Below, in pieces: positions 1 to 499 of a stretch of 499 bases of DNA. A program made the position numbers and the translations under genes. Position 1 is the stretch's first letter, and every line of letters starts with the position of its first letter. Below the pieces are notes generated by a model. It was given only the letters and a program-made list of their open reading frames with translations. It made no database searches and had not been told where the DNA came from. The stretch lies in sequence record EF517071.1. One strand, written 5' to 3'. The stretch is from a phage.

Positions 1-2
1 TT

Positions 3-239
3 CAGGCAATCTTAGAGAAAGATATGCTGCATCTATGTAAGCAGATCGGCTCAGGTGCGATTGTCCCCAATGGTAAACAGAAGGAAATGATTGTCCAGTT
101 CCTGACACACGGTATGGAAGGATTGATGACATTCGTAGTACGTACATCATTTCGTGAGGCCATTAAGGACATGCACGAAGAGTATGCAGATAAGGACTCT
201 TTCAAACAATCTCCTGCAATAGTACAAGAGGTGTTCTGA
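3..239 (+). CDS. Hypothetical small protein, 5'-partial or starting at ATG 24; ends at TGA 237-239
   Basis: The reading frame is open from the window edge (codons 3-23 read QAILEKD with no stop) through TGA at 237-239. The first in-window ATG at 24 gives 71 aa, but only a weak purine-rich stretch (GAGAAAG, 15-21) lies upstream, so the true start may be upstream of the window. Its stop overlaps the next gene's ATG (TGATG). Confidence 0.6.
   Translation, partial: QAILEKDMLHLCKQIGSGAIVPNGKQKEMIVQFLTHGMEGLMTFVVRTSFREAIKDMHEEYADKDSFKQSPAIVQEVF
226..233 (+). promoter_or_regulatory. Shine-Dalgarno-like ribosome binding site (AAGAGGTG) for the ORF starting at 239
   Basis: Purine-rich AAGAGGTG at 226-233, with the GAGG core 7 nt upstream of ATG 239; it lies within the 3' end of the upstream ORF. 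Confidence 0.6.
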
Positions 240-448
240 TGTCTGACTACCTGAAAGTGCTGCAAACAATCAAAAGTTGCCCTAAGACTTTCCAGTCCAA
301 CTATGTACGGAACAATGTGAGCCTCGTAGCGGAGGCCGCTTCCCGTGGTCACATCTCGTGTCTGACTACTAGTGGACGTAACGGTGGCGCTTGGGAAATC
401 ACTGCTTCCGGTACTCATTTTCTGAAACGAATGGGAGGATGTGTCTAA
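239..448 (+). CDS. Hypothetical small protein, 69 aa, complete (MSDYLKVLQTIKSCPKTF...KRMGGCV)
   Basis: ATG at 239-241 is preceded by the SD-like AAGAGGTG at correct spacing; the frame is uninterrupted to TAA at 446-448. The start overlaps the upstream stop (TGATG) and the stop overlaps the downstream start (TAATG). Amino-acid composition is ordinary, unlike the Ser/Thr/Cys-rich antisense frame. Confidence 0.75.
   Translation: MSDYLKVLQTIKSCPKTFQSNYVRNNVSLVAEAASRGHISCLTTSGRNGGAWEITASGTHFLKRMGGCV
433..439 (+). promoter_or_regulatory. Shine-Dalgarno-like ribosome binding site (GGGAGGA) for the ORF starting at 448
   Basis: GGGAGGA at 433-439, with GGAGG ending about 8 nt upstream of ATG 448; it lies within the last codons of the 69-aa ORF. 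Confidence 0.65.
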
Positions 449-499
449 TGTCTCGTGACCTTGTAACTATTCCACGCGATGTGTGGAACGATATACAGA
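448..499 (+). CDS. Hypothetical small protein, 3'-partial (N-terminus MSRDLVTIPRDVWNDIQ; continues beyond window)
   Basis: ATG at 448-450 overlaps the TAA stop of the upstream ORF (TAATG) and follows a strong SD-like GGGAGGA. The frame stays open for 17 codons to the window end. It is absent from the ORF track only because it is truncated by the window edge. Confidence 0.6.
   Translation, partial: MSRDLVTIPRDVWNDIQ

Noticed and set aside
87-89. Internal ATG (M22 of first ORF) as an alternative start, preceded by GAAGGA
   Set aside because: The GAAGGA motif ends only about 1 nt before the ATG, too close for productive SD spacing; more likely just an internal Met codon.
138-145. 8-bp perfect palindrome GTACGTAC
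   Set aside because: Short palindromes of this length are expected by chance several times per kb. It lies inside coding sequence, with no flanking half-sites or promoter elements to suggest an operator.
102-150. Possible sigma70 promoter (TTGACA/TTGATG-like hexamers near 102-127)
   Set aside because: No acceptable -10 hexamer at 16-18 bp spacing from either candidate -35; the region is inside coding sequence and the match is no better than random.
328-340. Small inverted repeat AGCGG-agg-CCGCT (5-bp stem, 3-nt loop)
   Set aside because: The stem is too short and no U-tract follows, so it is not a credible intrinsic terminator. It sits within the 69-aa ORF, and its GC-rich codons (AEAAS) explain it adequately.
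2-418. 138-aa minus-strand ORF spanning most of the window
   Set aside because: It is antisense to two + strand ORFs that have clear coupled stop/start junctions and SD motifs. Its translation is Ser/Thr/Cys-rich and low-complexity (MSTGSSDFPSATVTSTSSQT..., many Cys), typical of a non-coding antisense frame, and no RBS is evident upstream of its start at 418 on the minus strand.

Overview
The window is a gene-dense + strand stretch with three tandem small ORFs and no intergenic space: a 5'-open ORF ending at 239, a complete 69-aa ORF (239..448), and the first 17 codons of a third ORF (448..499, runs off the window). Consecutive genes overlap by one nucleotide (TGATG at 237-241, TAATG at 446-450), and each downstream start has a Shine-Dalgarno-like motif at correct spacing, which indicates a translationally coupled operon. 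This compact arrangement of small proteins is typical of phage or prophage early/accessory regions, but that is inference: I cannot assign function or family from sequence alone, and no homology search was possible. No rRNA, tRNA, CRISPR array, IS element end or convincing promoter/terminator is visible. The 138-aa minus-strand ORF (2..418) is judged an antisense artefact.
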